Assembly (NCBI GenBank): GCA_049512815.1
Contig: JBEKWS010000019.1
Location: 20,835-84,834 of the forward strand
Length of the DNA stretch: 64,000 nucleotides
Reading direction: 5' to 3'
DNA from: Bacteroidales bacterium
GTDB taxonomy: Bacteria; Bacteroidota; Bacteroidia; Bacteroidales; VadinHA17
How positions within the stretch are numbered: the first letter of the stretch is position 1; the number at the start of each line of letters is the position of its first letter. Under the pieces are notes generated by a model. That model did not search any database. It saw only the letters and a program-made list of their open reading frames with translations, and was not told the DNA's origin. Below, in pieces: positions 9,657 through 19,451 of the stretch. The position numbers and the translations under genes were made by a program.

Positions 9657-10937
9657 TCAAACAGAAAAGAGAGGATAAGATTTCATCATCTTAATCACTT
9701 TTTCTCCGACTCTGGTAATCACTGTTTTATTTTCAATATTTGAAATAACCTCATCAATAAGGTCAACAATTATCCCCATATGTTCTTCTTTAAGCCCCCT
9801 GGTCGTAATTGCCGGTGTTCCAACCCTTAGTCCGGAAGTAAGAAACGGAGAACGGCTGTCAAACGGAACCATATTCTTATTTACAGTAATATGGGAAAGG
9901 ACAAGAGTGTTTTCAACCTTCTTACCTGTTATTTCAGGAAACCTGGTCCTGAGATCAATTAGCATCAAATGATTGTCAGTACCATCAGAAATAACCTTGT
10001 AGCCTTTATCCATAAAAGCTTTTGCCATTACGGAGGCGTTCTTTTTAACTCTCGATTGATATTCCCTGAATTCAGGAGAGAGCGCTTCACCGAAAGAGAC
10101 TGCTTTTGAAGCTATTATATGCTCCAGGGGACCGCCCTGGATACCCGGGAAAACTGCTGAATTTAAAAGAGAAGACATCATCCTTACTTCACCTTTTGTT
10201 GTAGTAATGCCCCATGGATTCACAAAATCTTTACCCATGAGGAGAATGCCGCCTCTCGGACCACGAAGAGTTTTATGGGTTGTTGAAGTTACAATATGAG
10301 CATATTTCAAAGGATTGCTGAGAAGTCCGGCTGCTATTAACCCTGCCGGATGTGCCATATCAACCATAAGAATAGCGCTGATCTTATCTGCAATCTTTCT
10401 CATCCTTTCATAATCCCACTCCCGCGAATATGCTGATGCCCCACCTATTATCATCTTTGGCCTTTCTTTCAGAGCAGTCTCCTCCATCATATCATAGTCG
10501 ACCAATCCATTGCTTTCTTTAACACTATAGGCAACCGGCCTGTAAAACAGACCTGAGGAATTAACGGGAGATCCATGAGAAAGATGTCCGCCATGTGCGA
10601 GGTTTAATCCCATAAAAGTATCTCCGGGTTTAAGTACAGCCATAAACACTGCCATATTTGCCTGGGCGCCGGAATGAGGCTGGACATTAGCATATTCAGC
10701 ATCAAAAAGTTGTTTCAACCTGTCGATTGCTATCTGCTCAGACTGGTCAACAATTTCACAACCACCATAATAACGGTTACCGGGATAACCTTCAGCATAC
10801 TTATTGGTCATTACTGACCCCATTGCTTCAAGCACCTGCGGACTTACAAAATTTTCAGAGGCAATCAGCTCTATTCCATTTACCTGGCGCTGACGCTCCT
10901 TTTCTATCAGGTCAAAAATCAAAGTATCTCTTTTCAT
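9657..10937 (-). CDS. glyA: serine hydroxymethyltransferase
   Basis: 426 aa. Contains the SHMT PLP-lysine motif [15 protein letters not shown]. Confidence 0.97.
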   Translation of the reverse strand: MKRDTLIFDLIEKERQRQVNGIELIASENFVSPQVLEAMGSVMTNKYAEGYPGNRYYGGCEIVDQSEQIAIDRLKQLFDAEYANVQPHSGAQANMAVFMAVLKPGDTFMGLNLAHGGHLSHGSPVNSSGLFYRPVAYSVKESNGLVDYDMMEETALKERPKMIIGGASAYSREWDYERMRKIADKISAILMVDMAHPAGLIAAGLLSNPLKYAHIVTSTTHKTLRGPRGGILLMGKDFVNPWGITTTKGEVRMMSSLLNSAVFPGIQGGPLEHIIASKAVSFGEALSPEFREYQSRVKKNASVMAKAFMDKGYKVISDGTDNHLMLIDLRTRFPEITGKKVENTLVLSHITVNKNMVPFDSRSPFLTSGLRVGTPAITTRGLKEEHMGIIVDLIDEVISNIENKTVITRVGEKVIKMMKSYPLFSV

Positions 10938-10957
10938 AATATATAATTTTAAACTTT

Positions 10958-11392
10958 TTATTCTTCTGAAAATTCAACATGTAATTCATGGTATGTTGTA
11001 TAAATCCTTGATTTGGAAATAAATCCTACATAGTATCCGTTATCGAGAACAGGAAGGTTCCATGCACCGGTCTTTCTGAAAGCTTCCATTACAGTTTCAA
11101 CGTTTTCCTTTTTATCTAAATACGAGGGAGGAATGGACATCAGATCTCTGACAAACAATAACGTCAGAAGCATTCCAATAAGTGGATAGGCAAGATACAG
11201 ATAGCTTCCCGATTCTCTGGTTATCCCTTGGGTAAGTATCTGATGAATATAATAAATCGCATTTTTCAGTAATGCAGCTGCAAGGGCACTAAATAATCCA
11301 ACAACCAGACTAAGGAAGTACACTAATTTAACCTGATCAATTTCAAAAAGGTTGTGGTGAAATAATCTCCTGAAAAAGCGATTTCTGAACAT
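10958..11392 (-). pseudogene. remnant of a ClC-type chloride channel gene: N-terminal about 80 aa joined in frame to the last CBS domain
   Basis: 144 aa. Residues 1-82 (…LKNAIYYIHQILTQG…YLYLAYPLIGMLLTLLFVR) resemble the start of Bacteroidota ClC channels. Residues about 84-144 (LMSIPPSYL…[44 protein letters not shown]) resemble their extreme C-terminal CBS domain. The roughly 450 aa normally between them are absent. A TAnnTTTG box lies at 11400-11407 on the minus strand. Confidence 0.5.
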
Positions 11393-11439
11393 AATTATGC
11401 AAATATAAAAACAATACTAAACCTTCACTGATTTTTACT

Positions 11440-11447
11440 TAAGTTTG
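11440..11447 (+). promoter_or_regulatory. -7 promoter box TAAGTTTG
   Basis: Exact TAnnTTTG match, 58 nt upstream of the ATG at 11506. Confidence 0.4.
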
Positions 11448-11505
11448 TCACAAGGTAATTCTCTGGCATGTACATATCCATTTCTAACAATATGAAAGTT
11501 TCATT

Positions 11506-12750
11506 ATGATTGATTACAAAAGGTTTTCACTTGATAATGGATTAAGGGTTCTGGTACACGAAGACAAATCCACTCCCCTCGTCGCTATGAATCTTCTTTA
11601 TGATGTCGGATCGAGGGATGAGGATCCGGCAATGACGGGAATGGCACACCTTTTTGAACATCTTATGTTCGGAGGTTCACAGAATATTCCGGATTACGAT
11701 ACACCTCTGCAATTGGTTGGTGGCGAGAACAACGCATTTACAAATAATGATATTACAAATTATTATCTTACAATTCCTTCAGAAAATATTGAAACAGGTT
11801 TTTGGCTGGAATCGGACAGAATGCTTGAGCTGGATTTTTCCCAAAAGAATCTTGATACACAGAAAAACGTTGTCATCGAGGAATTCAACCAACGATACCT
11901 GAATCAACCTTATGGAGATGCTATATTAAAACTAAGACCACTGGCATATAAAATACATCCTTATCGCTGGCCAACAATCGGTATGGAAATTGCTCATATT
12001 GAAAATACTGATCTTGAACAGGTTAGAAATTTTTTCTTTTCACATTATGCCCCAAATAATGCAATACTTGCCGTGACAGGAAACATAGGATATGACCTTG
12101 CATATAAACTTTCTCAAAAATGGTTCGGTCCAATTGAAAAAAGAGAAATACAGTTGAGAAAAATGCCTGTTGAACCAAAACAGAAACAAGAAAGAATCCT
12201 TATAATTGAAAAAGATGTGCCCTCAACAGCATTATATAAGGTATGGCACATAGGTCCGAGGAAAAGTAAAGATTTTTATACCCTCGACCTGATTTCGGAC
12301 CTTTTGGCCGGAGGAGAATCAGGCAGGTTGAATACAAATCTCGTCAGGAAAAAGAAATTATTCAGTGAAATAAATGCATATTTAACTTCAGATATTGACC
12401 CAGGACTTATTATTATCCAGGGTAAGTTAATGAAAGGAGTGAATATTGAATACGCCGAACAATCTATAAATGAAGTAATTAAAGATTTGCAGAAAAACAT
12501 AATTAAAGATGAGATGGAAAAAGTGAAGAACAAATTTGAATCTTCAACTGTCTTTTCCAATACAAGTATCCTTAATAAGGCTGCTAATCTTTCATTTTTT
12601 GAACTTCTCGGAAACCCTGGATTAATAAACAATGAGGTTGATGCATATAGAAATGTAAGTCAGTCAATGGTAATAGAAGCTTTAAGAAAATACTTTATTC
12701 CTTCGAATTGCAGTACATTATATTACAAATCAAGCCAAAAAGATAAATGA
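11506..12750 (+). CDS. M16 (pitrilysin) family zinc peptidase, catalytic subunit
   Basis: 414 aa. Inverted zinc motif HxxEH is present (GMAHLFEHLMFGGS). Confidence 0.85.
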   Translation: MIDYKRFSLDNGLRVLVHEDKSTPLVAMNLLYDVGSRDEDPAMTGMAHLFEHLMFGGSQNIPDYDTPLQLVGGENNAFTNNDITNYYLTIPSENIETGFWLESDRMLELDFSQKNLDTQKNVVIEEFNQRYLNQPYGDAILKLRPLAYKIHPYRWPTIGMEIAHIENTDLEQVRNFFFSHYAPNNAILAVTGNIGYDLAYKLSQKWFGPIEKREIQLRKMPVEPKQKQERILIIEKDVPSTALYKVWHIGPRKSKDFYTLDLISDLLAGGESGRLNTNLVRKKKLFSEINAYLTSDIDPGLIIIQGKLMKGVNIEYAEQSINEVIKDLQKNIIKDEMEKVKNKFESSTVFSNTSILNKAANLSFFELLGNPGLINNEVDAYRNVSQSMVIEALRKYFIPSNCSTLYYKSSQKDK

Positions 12751-14030
12751 TGAATAATCTGCAAAGAATACAGCCTCCGGTTTTCCCGATCGAAAAGGTT
12801 GTTATTCCCGAAGCAAAAACTTTCAGACTGAATAATGGAGTGCCGGTTTATTTAATTGAAGCCGGAACTGAAGATATTATGCGTATTGAATTCACTTTCA
12901 GAGCAGGGCAGGTCAGGGAGTATTTGCCCCTTCTATCTTCAACCTGCAACATGATGCTTTCAGAGGGATCGCAGAATTACAGTTCTGAAGAACTCAACAG
13001 ACTTCTGGATTATTATGGGATTTTCCTGAACCAGTCAGCTGAAAAGGACATGGCTGGAATTGTACTTTATTTCATGAATAAACATATTGAAAAGGTTTTG
13101 GAACTTAGTCGGGAGATATTGTTTCGTCCTGTTTTTCCTGAAACTGAACTCAACGCACTAATGAAAAAAAGGCTTCACTGGTACCTGGTAAACAGGGAAA
13201 AAGTTCAGAACCTTGCAATGGATATGTTTTTTGAATCTCTCTTTGGTAAGCATCATCCATACGGCTATCAGGTTTTTGAACAGGATTTTGAAAATTTAAC
13301 TCCTGCTCTTCTCTCAGATTTTCATTTAAAATATTATACTACCGGAAATATGGCAGTTATTATATCCGGTAAAATACACAACAAAACTACTGACCTTCTC
13401 AATACATATTTTGGAAATATCGGATCAAAGGAAATTCATGTTGAAGATTCCCATAATTTCCTTAAAGGTGAGAAAGAAAAAAAAGTCCATATTTTTAAAT
13501 CCGAAACGGTCCAATCTGCTATCAGAATTGGCTCAACAACCATCAACAAACGGCATCCTGATTATCCGGGTTTAAAGATTTTTGATTCATTTTTAGGTGG
13601 ATATTTTGGTTCAAGGTTAATGAAAAACATTCGCGAAGATAAAGGCTACACCTATGGAATAAGTTCATCGCTTTCTTCACTCGATCTTACAGGATATAAA
13701 GTGATATCAACAGAAGTTAGCCAGAAAAACTGTCAAAAGACTATTGATGAGATTTACAGCGAGATAAAACAACTGCAGAGTGTCCCGGTTAAGAAAGAGG
13801 AGATGGCAGTTGTACGTAATTATATGTCGGGGGAAATGGTAAGAATGTTCGACGGACCTTTTGCACTTGCTGAAAGTTTCAGGTCGGTTTGGGAGTTCGG
13901 ACTGGATAATACTTATTACTACACGTTAGCTGAAAAAATAAAAACAATAGATCCTGACGAAATAATTGAACTGGCACGTACGTATTACATCATTGATGAA
14001 CTTTATGAAGTAACCGTTGGCTCTGAATGA
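12747..14030 (+). CDS. M16 family peptidase-like protein, non-catalytic partner
   Basis: 427 aa with M16 fold-like sequence, but the HxxEH position reads STCNMMLSEG. ATGA start/stop overlap with the upstream M16 gene. Confidence 0.8.
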   Translation: MMNNLQRIQPPVFPIEKVVIPEAKTFRLNNGVPVYLIEAGTEDIMRIEFTFRAGQVREYLPLLSSTCNMMLSEGSQNYSSEELNRLLDYYGIFLNQSAEKDMAGIVLYFMNKHIEKVLELSREILFRPVFPETELNALMKKRLHWYLVNREKVQNLAMDMFFESLFGKHHPYGYQVFEQDFENLTPALLSDFHLKYYTTGNMAVIISGKIHNKTTDLLNTYFGNIGSKEIHVEDSHNFLKGEKEKKVHIFKSETVQSAIRIGSTTINKRHPDYPGLKIFDSFLGGYFGSRLMKNIREDKGYTYGISSSLSSLDLTGYKVISTEVSQKNCQKTIDEIYSEIKQLQSVPVKKEEMAVVRNYMSGEMVRMFDGPFALAESFRSVWEFGLDNTYYYTLAEKIKTIDPDEIIELARTYYIIDELYEVTVGSE

Positions 14031-15520
14031 AAAACAACCATTTTTATATTATCCTTGTTTTATTTAGTTCTTGGTCAACCAATGCTTATTCCCAAATTAA
14101 TTGTATTACGAATCCTCCATTGTCACCCGTTCTTACCTCTGTTTCAGTGGAGCCGGAAACAGGTTATACGAAATTAACATGGACATTGAGCCCTTCACCT
14201 GATATTGCAGCATATGTACTATATTCTTATAAAAATGGTGATGGTATGCCTATTGATACTTTGTGGGATCCCTCTGCAACAAGTTATACCTTAGCAACTA
14301 CTTCAACAAAGTACTTTAGTGTCTCTTATGTAATTGCAGCAATGAGACTGCCCAGATGCACAAGTATACTCTCGAATGCAATTAATTCGATATTTCAGGT
14401 GGCGTCTATTGATACATGTAATAAAAAGATCGTGGTTTCGTGGAATAGCTATCCATCTTTTCCATATAATGTTACGGGTTATTCGATTTTATTATCTGTC
14501 AATGGTGGTAGCTTTTCTGAAGCAGGAAATGTAAATGCCACTGAAAATAGTTTTACTCTAGACGATTTTTCAATCAACGTGGAATACTGTTTTGTTGTTC
14601 GCGCAAATCTGGAGGGAGGAACTTTTTCTACTTCAAATAATAATTGTTTGTCAACAAAGATGCAACGTCCTCCCCAATGGATCAATGCTGATCAGGCTAC
14701 CATAAATACTGAAAACAAAGTTGAACTCTCCTTTACAATTGATCCTTTATCGGAGATGAAACATTTCAGTCTCGAAAGAAGAAGCGGACCATCTGGCTCT
14801 TTTCAGGAGATATCACAACCTGTTTCGGTTGACGGATTAGTTTTTTATACTGATAATCAGGCAGATGTTAATACTATTAACTTTTACAGACTTTCAGCTA
14901 TTAACAGCTGCAATATTCCGGTTGTAGTATCAAATCTTGCCTCCAATATTGTACTTTCACTGGAAAAGTCAGGTAATGATATTATCCTGTCGTGGAATTC
15001 CTATAAAAAGTGGTTGGGAATGATATCATTATACAGGCTCTTTGTCAACACAGGAAATGGATTTGAAGAAAAAGTAGTATTACTGCCCACTGATTCAACT
15101 TTCATTCAAGGATATAAGCAAATAATGTATGAAGTCTCCGGAAATCAAGTCTGTTTCTATATAAGCGCTTCGGAAGCATCTAATCCTTATGGTGTTTCCG
15201 GACAAAGTCTTTCATCAAGGATTTGTACAAATCCAACAGAGATCATTACTGTCCCGAATGTTTTCACACCTAACAACGATCTCGATAATGATTTTTTCAA
15301 ACCTGTTTTATCATTTACGCCACAAAATTACCATCTGATAATCAGTGACAGGCAGGGCAATGTTTTGTTTGAATCCACAGATTATCTCGCAGCATGGGAT
15401 GGATCACGAAATGGAGATCCGCAGCCTCAGGGAGTTTATTTATGGTTTTTAAAAGTAACTACCCCATCGGGGAAGATTATTTCAAAGACAGGAACCATTA
15501 CCATTATCAGGAGCAGGTAA
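14027..15520 (+). CDS. secreted Fn3/Ig-like repeat protein with a type-B T9SS (gliding-motility-associated) C-terminal sorting domain
   Basis: 497 aa. N-terminal signal peptide and a C-terminal VPNVFTPNNDLDNDFFKP...GVYLWFLKV motif characteristic of the type-B CTD. ATGA overlap with the upstream M16 gene. Confidence 0.75.
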   Translation: MKNNHFYIILVLFSSWSTNAYSQINCITNPPLSPVLTSVSVEPETGYTKLTWTLSPSPDIAAYVLYSYKNGDGMPIDTLWDPSATSYTLATTSTKYFSVSYVIAAMRLPRCTSILSNAINSIFQVASIDTCNKKIVVSWNSYPSFPYNVTGYSILLSVNGGSFSEAGNVNATENSFTLDDFSINVEYCFVVRANLEGGTFSTSNNNCLSTKMQRPPQWINADQATINTENKVELSFTIDPLSEMKHFSLERRSGPSGSFQEISQPVSVDGLVFYTDNQADVNTINFYRLSAINSCNIPVVVSNLASNIVLSLEKSGNDIILSWNSYKKWLGMISLYRLFVNTGNGFEEKVVLLPTDSTFIQGYKQIMYEVSGNQVCFYISASEASNPYGVSGQSLSSRICTNPTEIITVPNVFTPNNDLDNDFFKPVLSFTPQNYHLIISDRQGNVLFESTDYLAAWDGSRNGDPQPQGVYLWFLKVTTPSGKIISKTGTITIIRSR

Positions 15521-15559
15521 TACGACATTGGTTAAAGATAACTCAACCTGAACAATTTG

Positions 15560-15694
15560 CCTCATCCCCCGACCCCTTCTCTTATCATTCTACCTCATCC
15601 CCCGACCCCTTCTCCCTTGGGAGAAGGGGAGTAAGCACAAGATATTCATTTAGTTAAGTCCCTCCCTCCTGGGGGAGGGATTTAGGGAGAGGCA
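15560..15694. repeat. GC-rich double-hairpin intergenic repeat, copy A
   Basis: 22-nt direct repeat CCTCATCCCCCGACCCCTTCTC at 15560-15581 and 15593-15614. Hairpin CCCCTTCTCC/GGAGAAGGGG (15606-15629, loop CTTG). Hairpin TCCCTCCC/GGGAGGGA (15659-15680). Then TTTAGGGAGAGGCA. Homologous to 32347-32510. Confidence 0.8.
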
Positions 15695-15778
15695 AAAGGA
15701 AAAAGGGAAAATTCACTTAGCACTATTAATTTGATAGCTAAACCTTGTTTTCAGCTAGCAACTTTGAGCTAGAAAAGC

Positions 15779-15786
15779 TATATTTG
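15779..15786 (+). promoter_or_regulatory. -7 promoter box TATATTTG
   Basis: Exact TAnnTTTG match, 35 nt upstream of the ATG at 15821. It lies only about 5 nt before the TTG at 15791, which argues against the longer ORF-track start. Confidence 0.45.
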
Positions 15787-15820
15787 TAGCTTGCATAAAA
15801 ACTTGCTGCATTGTTATTTT

Positions 15821-18067
15821 ATGGGGAACAAGGATATTTTTGATGAAGAAGATAAAAACCGTATTCAGGCTGAATATGATACTCTTATAAATAATCTTCT
15901 CAGGTGTAACAAACCCGGGGACAGGGAGCTTATTGACAAAGCATTTAAAATTGCAAACGAAGCTCACTGGAACATGAGGAGAAAATCCGGTGAACCATAT
16001 ATTATTCACCCTATTTCAGTTGCAAAAGTAGTTAACAATGAGATCGGACTCGGAGCCAAGTCAATTGCTGTGGCTCTCCTTCATGATGTTGTGGAAGATA
16101 CTGAATATTCCCTGGAAGATGTTGAAAAGGATTTCGGGCCTAAAATAGCATCTCTTATTGATGGGTTAACAAAGATATCAGGCACTTACAATAAGGAAAA
16201 TTCTTCTTCACTTCAGGCTGAGAACTTCAGGAAGATGCTTCTTACTCTTTCTGACGATCTTAGGGTAATTCTCATAAAAATTGCTGACCGTCTTCATAAT
16301 ATGAGAACACTCGATTCAATGCCTGAAAATAAAAAGATGAAGGTGGCAGGAGAAACAATTTTTCTTTATGCTCCTCTCGCTCACAGACTTGGATTATATG
16401 CCATTAAAAGTGAACTGGAAGACCTGAGTTTCAAATTCCGGCAGCCTCTAATTTATGAGGATATTACATCAAAGCTGAAGCACAGCGAAAAAAAGAATCT
16501 TGCTCTCATAAATAAGTTTTCATTGCCTATCATTCAAAAACTTTCAGAGGCCGGGTTACAGTTTGATATCAATGGAAGGCCGAAATCTATCTTTTCGATC
16601 TGGAAAAAGATGCAGGCCAAAAATGTCCCATTTGAAGAGATTTATGATGTTCTCGCTATCAGGATTGTCTTTGAACCGGTAGCCGGCATTCCTGAAAAAA
16701 CACAATGCTGGAATATTTATTCAATTATTACTGATTCTTATCTGCCTAAACCTGACAGGCTTCGCGACTGGGTAAGCCGCCCTAAGCCAAATGGATACGA
16801 AGCATTGCATGTTACTGTAATGGGCCCTGAAGGTCAATGGATTGAGGTACAGATACGAAGCAAACGGATGGATGAGATAGCAGAAAGGGGTTACGCAGCA
16901 CACTGGAAATATAAAGGAGACGAAGCCCAGGAAACCGAACTCGACAAATGGATTAAAAAGATCCGTATAATGCTTGAGAATCCTCATGAGGACCCAATCG
17001 AATTTCTGGATGAGTTTAAAATGAACCTGTTCTCTTCAGAAATAATGGTTTTTACACCAAAAGGGTTTCTTGTCAGTCTCCCAAAAGGGGCTTCAGCCCT
17101 GGATTTTGCTTATGAAATACATACTGAGATAGGGAATAAAGCTATCGGTGCAAAAATAAATTATAAGCTAAACCCTATAAACGCAATTCTGATGAGTGGA
17201 GACCAGGTAGAAATAATTACTTCCGATATTGCGAAACCCGAAATTGAATGGCTCTCTTTTGTCAGAACTTCGAAGGCAAAGGAGGCAATTAAGAATGCCT
17301 TAAAAGATGATTCGAAAGACAGTATCCAGAAGGGAATGGAGATTCTTGATACCAAACTTAAGGAAATTGGGATCACATTAAATAACGAAATCCTTAAAAC
17401 CCTTCTTCAAGCCTATGATGTTCAGAATAAAGAGGACCTATATTCTGGTATCGGTCTTGGCAGGATAAATCTGGACAATCTTAAGAAAACAGTTAAGAAG
17501 AATCCATCCAAAAACGTTATTAAGTACTGGGAGTTAAAGCTGATTGGATCTAAGAAAGAGAAAAAAGAAGCTGAAGTTACTCAGGGAAGCATTGATAAAA
17601 GTGTTCCGTTTCTTCTTAGGGAAAATGTTGATAATGCCGAACAATCATATGAAATAGCAAAATGCTGTAACCCTATTCCCGGAGATGAGGTTACAGGTTA
17701 TCATTCCCCGGAAGGAACTATTGTTATTCATAAACCAAAATGTCCGGTCGCAATCAGGATCATGTCGAATGAAGGAAACCGGATTATCGCAGTTAAATGG
17801 GCCATACATAAACTGGTTTCTTTTCTGGCGAGAATAAGTATGACCGGTATTGACAGGATAGGCCTTGTAAATGATATCACAAATATTATCTCAGCCGAAC
17901 TGAAGGTCAATATGACCAGAATTAATATTTCTGTCAATAATGGTATTTTTGAAGGAACGATCGATTTATTTGTCCACCATACAAAAGACCTTAACAATTT
18001 GATACTAAAAATCTCAAATATCAATGGCATTGAAAATGTCAGAAGAGTCGAAGATTTCTCTGAATAA
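15821..18067 (+). CDS. bifunctional (p)ppGpp synthetase/hydrolase, RelA/SpoT family
   Basis: HD hydrolase motif LLHDVVEDT, synthetase region RDWVSRPKPNGYEALH, and TGS and C-terminal ACT-like regions. Start placed at ATG 15821 rather than TTG 15791. Confidence 0.93.
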   Translation: MGNKDIFDEEDKNRIQAEYDTLINNLLRCNKPGDRELIDKAFKIANEAHWNMRRKSGEPYIIHPISVAKVVNNEIGLGAKSIAVALLHDVVEDTEYSLEDVEKDFGPKIASLIDGLTKISGTYNKENSSSLQAENFRKMLLTLSDDLRVILIKIADRLHNMRTLDSMPENKKMKVAGETIFLYAPLAHRLGLYAIKSELEDLSFKFRQPLIYEDITSKLKHSEKKNLALINKFSLPIIQKLSEAGLQFDINGRPKSIFSIWKKMQAKNVPFEEIYDVLAIRIVFEPVAGIPEKTQCWNIYSIITDSYLPKPDRLRDWVSRPKPNGYEALHVTVMGPEGQWIEVQIRSKRMDEIAERGYAAHWKYKGDEAQETELDKWIKKIRIMLENPHEDPIEFLDEFKMNLFSSEIMVFTPKGFLVSLPKGASALDFAYEIHTEIGNKAIGAKINYKLNPINAILMSGDQVEIITSDIAKPEIEWLSFVRTSKAKEAIKNALKDDSKDSIQKGMEILDTKLKEIGITLNNEILKTLLQAYDVQNKEDLYSGIGLGRINLDNLKKTVKKNPSKNVIKYWELKLIGSKKEKKEAEVTQGSIDKSVPFLLRENVDNAEQSYEIAKCCNPIPGDEVTGYHSPEGTIVIHKPKCPVAIRIMSNEGNRIIAVKWAIHKLVSFLARISMTGIDRIGLVNDITNIISAELKVNMTRINISVNNGIFEGTIDLFVHHTKDLNNLILKISNINGIENVRRVEDFSE

Positions 18068-18109
18068 TTTTTCAGTTAATTCTATCCACCGAAATCCGGA
18101 AAAAATGCA

Positions 18110-18117
18110 TACTTTTG
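18110..18117 (+). promoter_or_regulatory. -7 promoter box TACTTTTG
   Basis: Exact TAnnTTTG match, 25 nt upstream of the ATG at 18142. Confidence 0.45.
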
Positions 18118-18141
18118 TTATTATTTTAAATTAGACCAGAT

Positions 18142-18591
18142 ATGATTAGTGATGATACCAAATTAACAGTAAAGAAGATCTTCACTGAATATCTCGAAAA
18201 GAAAGGGCATAGGAAGACACCTGAGAGGTATGCAATTCTTGATGAGATTTATTCACGGTCAGGACATTTCGATATTGAGTCGCTTTACATATTTATGAAA
18301 AACAAAAATTACCGGGTGAGCAGAGCTACGTTGTATAATACCATTGAGTTGCTACTCGATTGTAACCTGGTTATTAAGCATCAGTTCGGCAGGAATATTG
18401 CACAATTTGAAAGAGCATACCAATGCGGACAGCACGACCATCTCATTGATATTGAAACAGGTAAAGTTATTGAATTCTGCGACCCGAGGATACAAGAGAT
18501 TATCAATACTGCAAGTGAAATGCATAACTTCACACCTCAATACCATTCTTTATATATTTATGGCAATTACAAGGGAAAGGATAAAGAATAA
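18142..18591 (+). CDS. Fur-family metalloregulator
   Basis: 149 aa. Winged-helix region ([12 protein letters not shown]…[13 protein letters not shown]) and a C-terminal metal site ([21 protein letters not shown]). Confidence 0.8.
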   Translation: MISDDTKLTVKKIFTEYLEKKGHRKTPERYAILDEIYSRSGHFDIESLYIFMKNKNYRVSRATLYNTIELLLDCNLVIKHQFGRNIAQFERAYQCGQHDHLIDIETGKVIEFCDPRIQEIINTASEMHNFTPQYHSLYIYGNYKGKDKE

Positions 18592-18592
18592 A

Positions 18593-18622
18593 GAAAAAGG
18601 GGCTTTTCACAGCCCTTTTTTT
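18593..18622. terminator. bidirectional rho-independent terminator
   Basis: Stem GAAAAAGGGGCT / AGCCCTTTTTTT (GGGCT/AGCCC core extended by A-T pairs and G-U wobbles) with loop TTTCAC. Flanked by A-run and T-run, between convergent genes. Confidence 0.7.
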
Positions 18623-18625
18623 ATA

Positions 18626-19174
18626 TTAGAATGCGAAACCAAGAGCGAACCCTACTCTGAATCCAAAGCCGCTAAATAATTTTGTATCAAATGTTGTTAC
18701 ATCACCTTCAGTTGCTTTAAGAGATGCACTCCCATAATGTCCACCAAAAAATAGGTCCATAGTGAAGCCTGAAGCTTTTATCCATTGGCGCCCAAGAAGC
18801 AACCCGCCACCAATTGAGGATAATGTTCCCTTTGCAGAATTATCTGATAAACTGTAATTCTGATAACGGATGTAAGGTGCAACATACATGCCATCAATTG
18901 CATTCTTTTTTGTATAAAATCTCACCTCTGGTGTTAGAATCAGGCCTGTGAATTTCGTGCCACTGATCTTGTAATTGAGATATGCAACTCCTAGTTGACC
19001 CGACATTGCGTCTGACAATTTACGTTCATAAAAAACAGATCCGGTTCCCAATATCAGGCATAGTGTATTTATTTTAAGCACATTTTTTTCACTTGCTACA
19101 CTGGTAGTTTTCTCCTGTGAAAAGGATGGGATTGCAAAAACAACCGCCAACAGAATAATTAAAGTTTTTTTCAT
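18626..19174 (-). CDS. small outer-membrane beta-barrel protein (uncharacterised)
   Basis: 182 aa. Signal peptide MKKTLIILLAVVFAIPSFSQ, alternating beta-strand pattern, and C-terminal GFRVGFALGFAF ending in Phe. Confidence 0.55.
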   Translation of the reverse strand: MKKTLIILLAVVFAIPSFSQEKTTSVASEKNVLKINTLCLILGTGSVFYERKLSDAMSGQLGVAYLNYKISGTKFTGLILTPEVRFYTKKNAIDGMYVAPYIRYQNYSLSDNSAKGTLSSIGGGLLLGRQWIKASGFTMDLFFGGHYGSASLKATEGDVTTFDTKLFSGFGFRVGFALGFAF

Positions 19175-19226
19175 ATTTGATAGGTTAGTATTGGTTTAAA
19201 AATGAAATATGACAATGTTGATAAGG

Positions 19227-19234
19227 CAAATTTA
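19227..19234 (-). promoter_or_regulatory. candidate -7 promoter box TAAATTTG on the minus strand
   Basis: The plus strand reads CAAATTTA, 53 nt upstream of the ATG at 19174. Confidence 0.35.
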
Positions 19235-19451
19235 TTTATTTGATTCTAAAAATCCTAATCCCATCGATCCCTATAATGTTTTACTCGGCAGCACATACAT
19301 GCAATCTTGTGAAACAGAATTCAGAATACGGTTTGTTTTTCGGGTTTCAAACAATCATATCATTTATCAACAATCTGTTTTTGTGTGGTCGTTAAGTTGA
19401 AATTATTCGTACCTTGTAAAGCATAAAAAAAATTATTACATAATATCTAAT

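Noticed and set aside
15560-15614. Possible CRISPR-like direct repeats.
   Set aside because: There are only two 22-nt copies, separated by 11 nt and embedded in a hairpin-rich element. There are no further repeat-spacer units and no cas genes in the window.
15394-15657. 87-aa ORF running from the end of the T9SS cargo gene through the intergenic repeat.
   Set aside because: Its open frame is created by the GC-rich repeat (Pro/Ser-rich translation). It overlaps a well-supported gene and has no coding signature.
15791-15820. N-terminal extensions starting at TTG in the ORF track (also 21401-21448, 53521-53571, 42925-43014, 21268-21288, 54312-54314).
   Set aside because: In each case a downstream ATG gives a family-typical N-terminus or signal peptide. 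In two cases a TAnnTTTG promoter box lies within or just before the extension, so the shorter starts were preferred.
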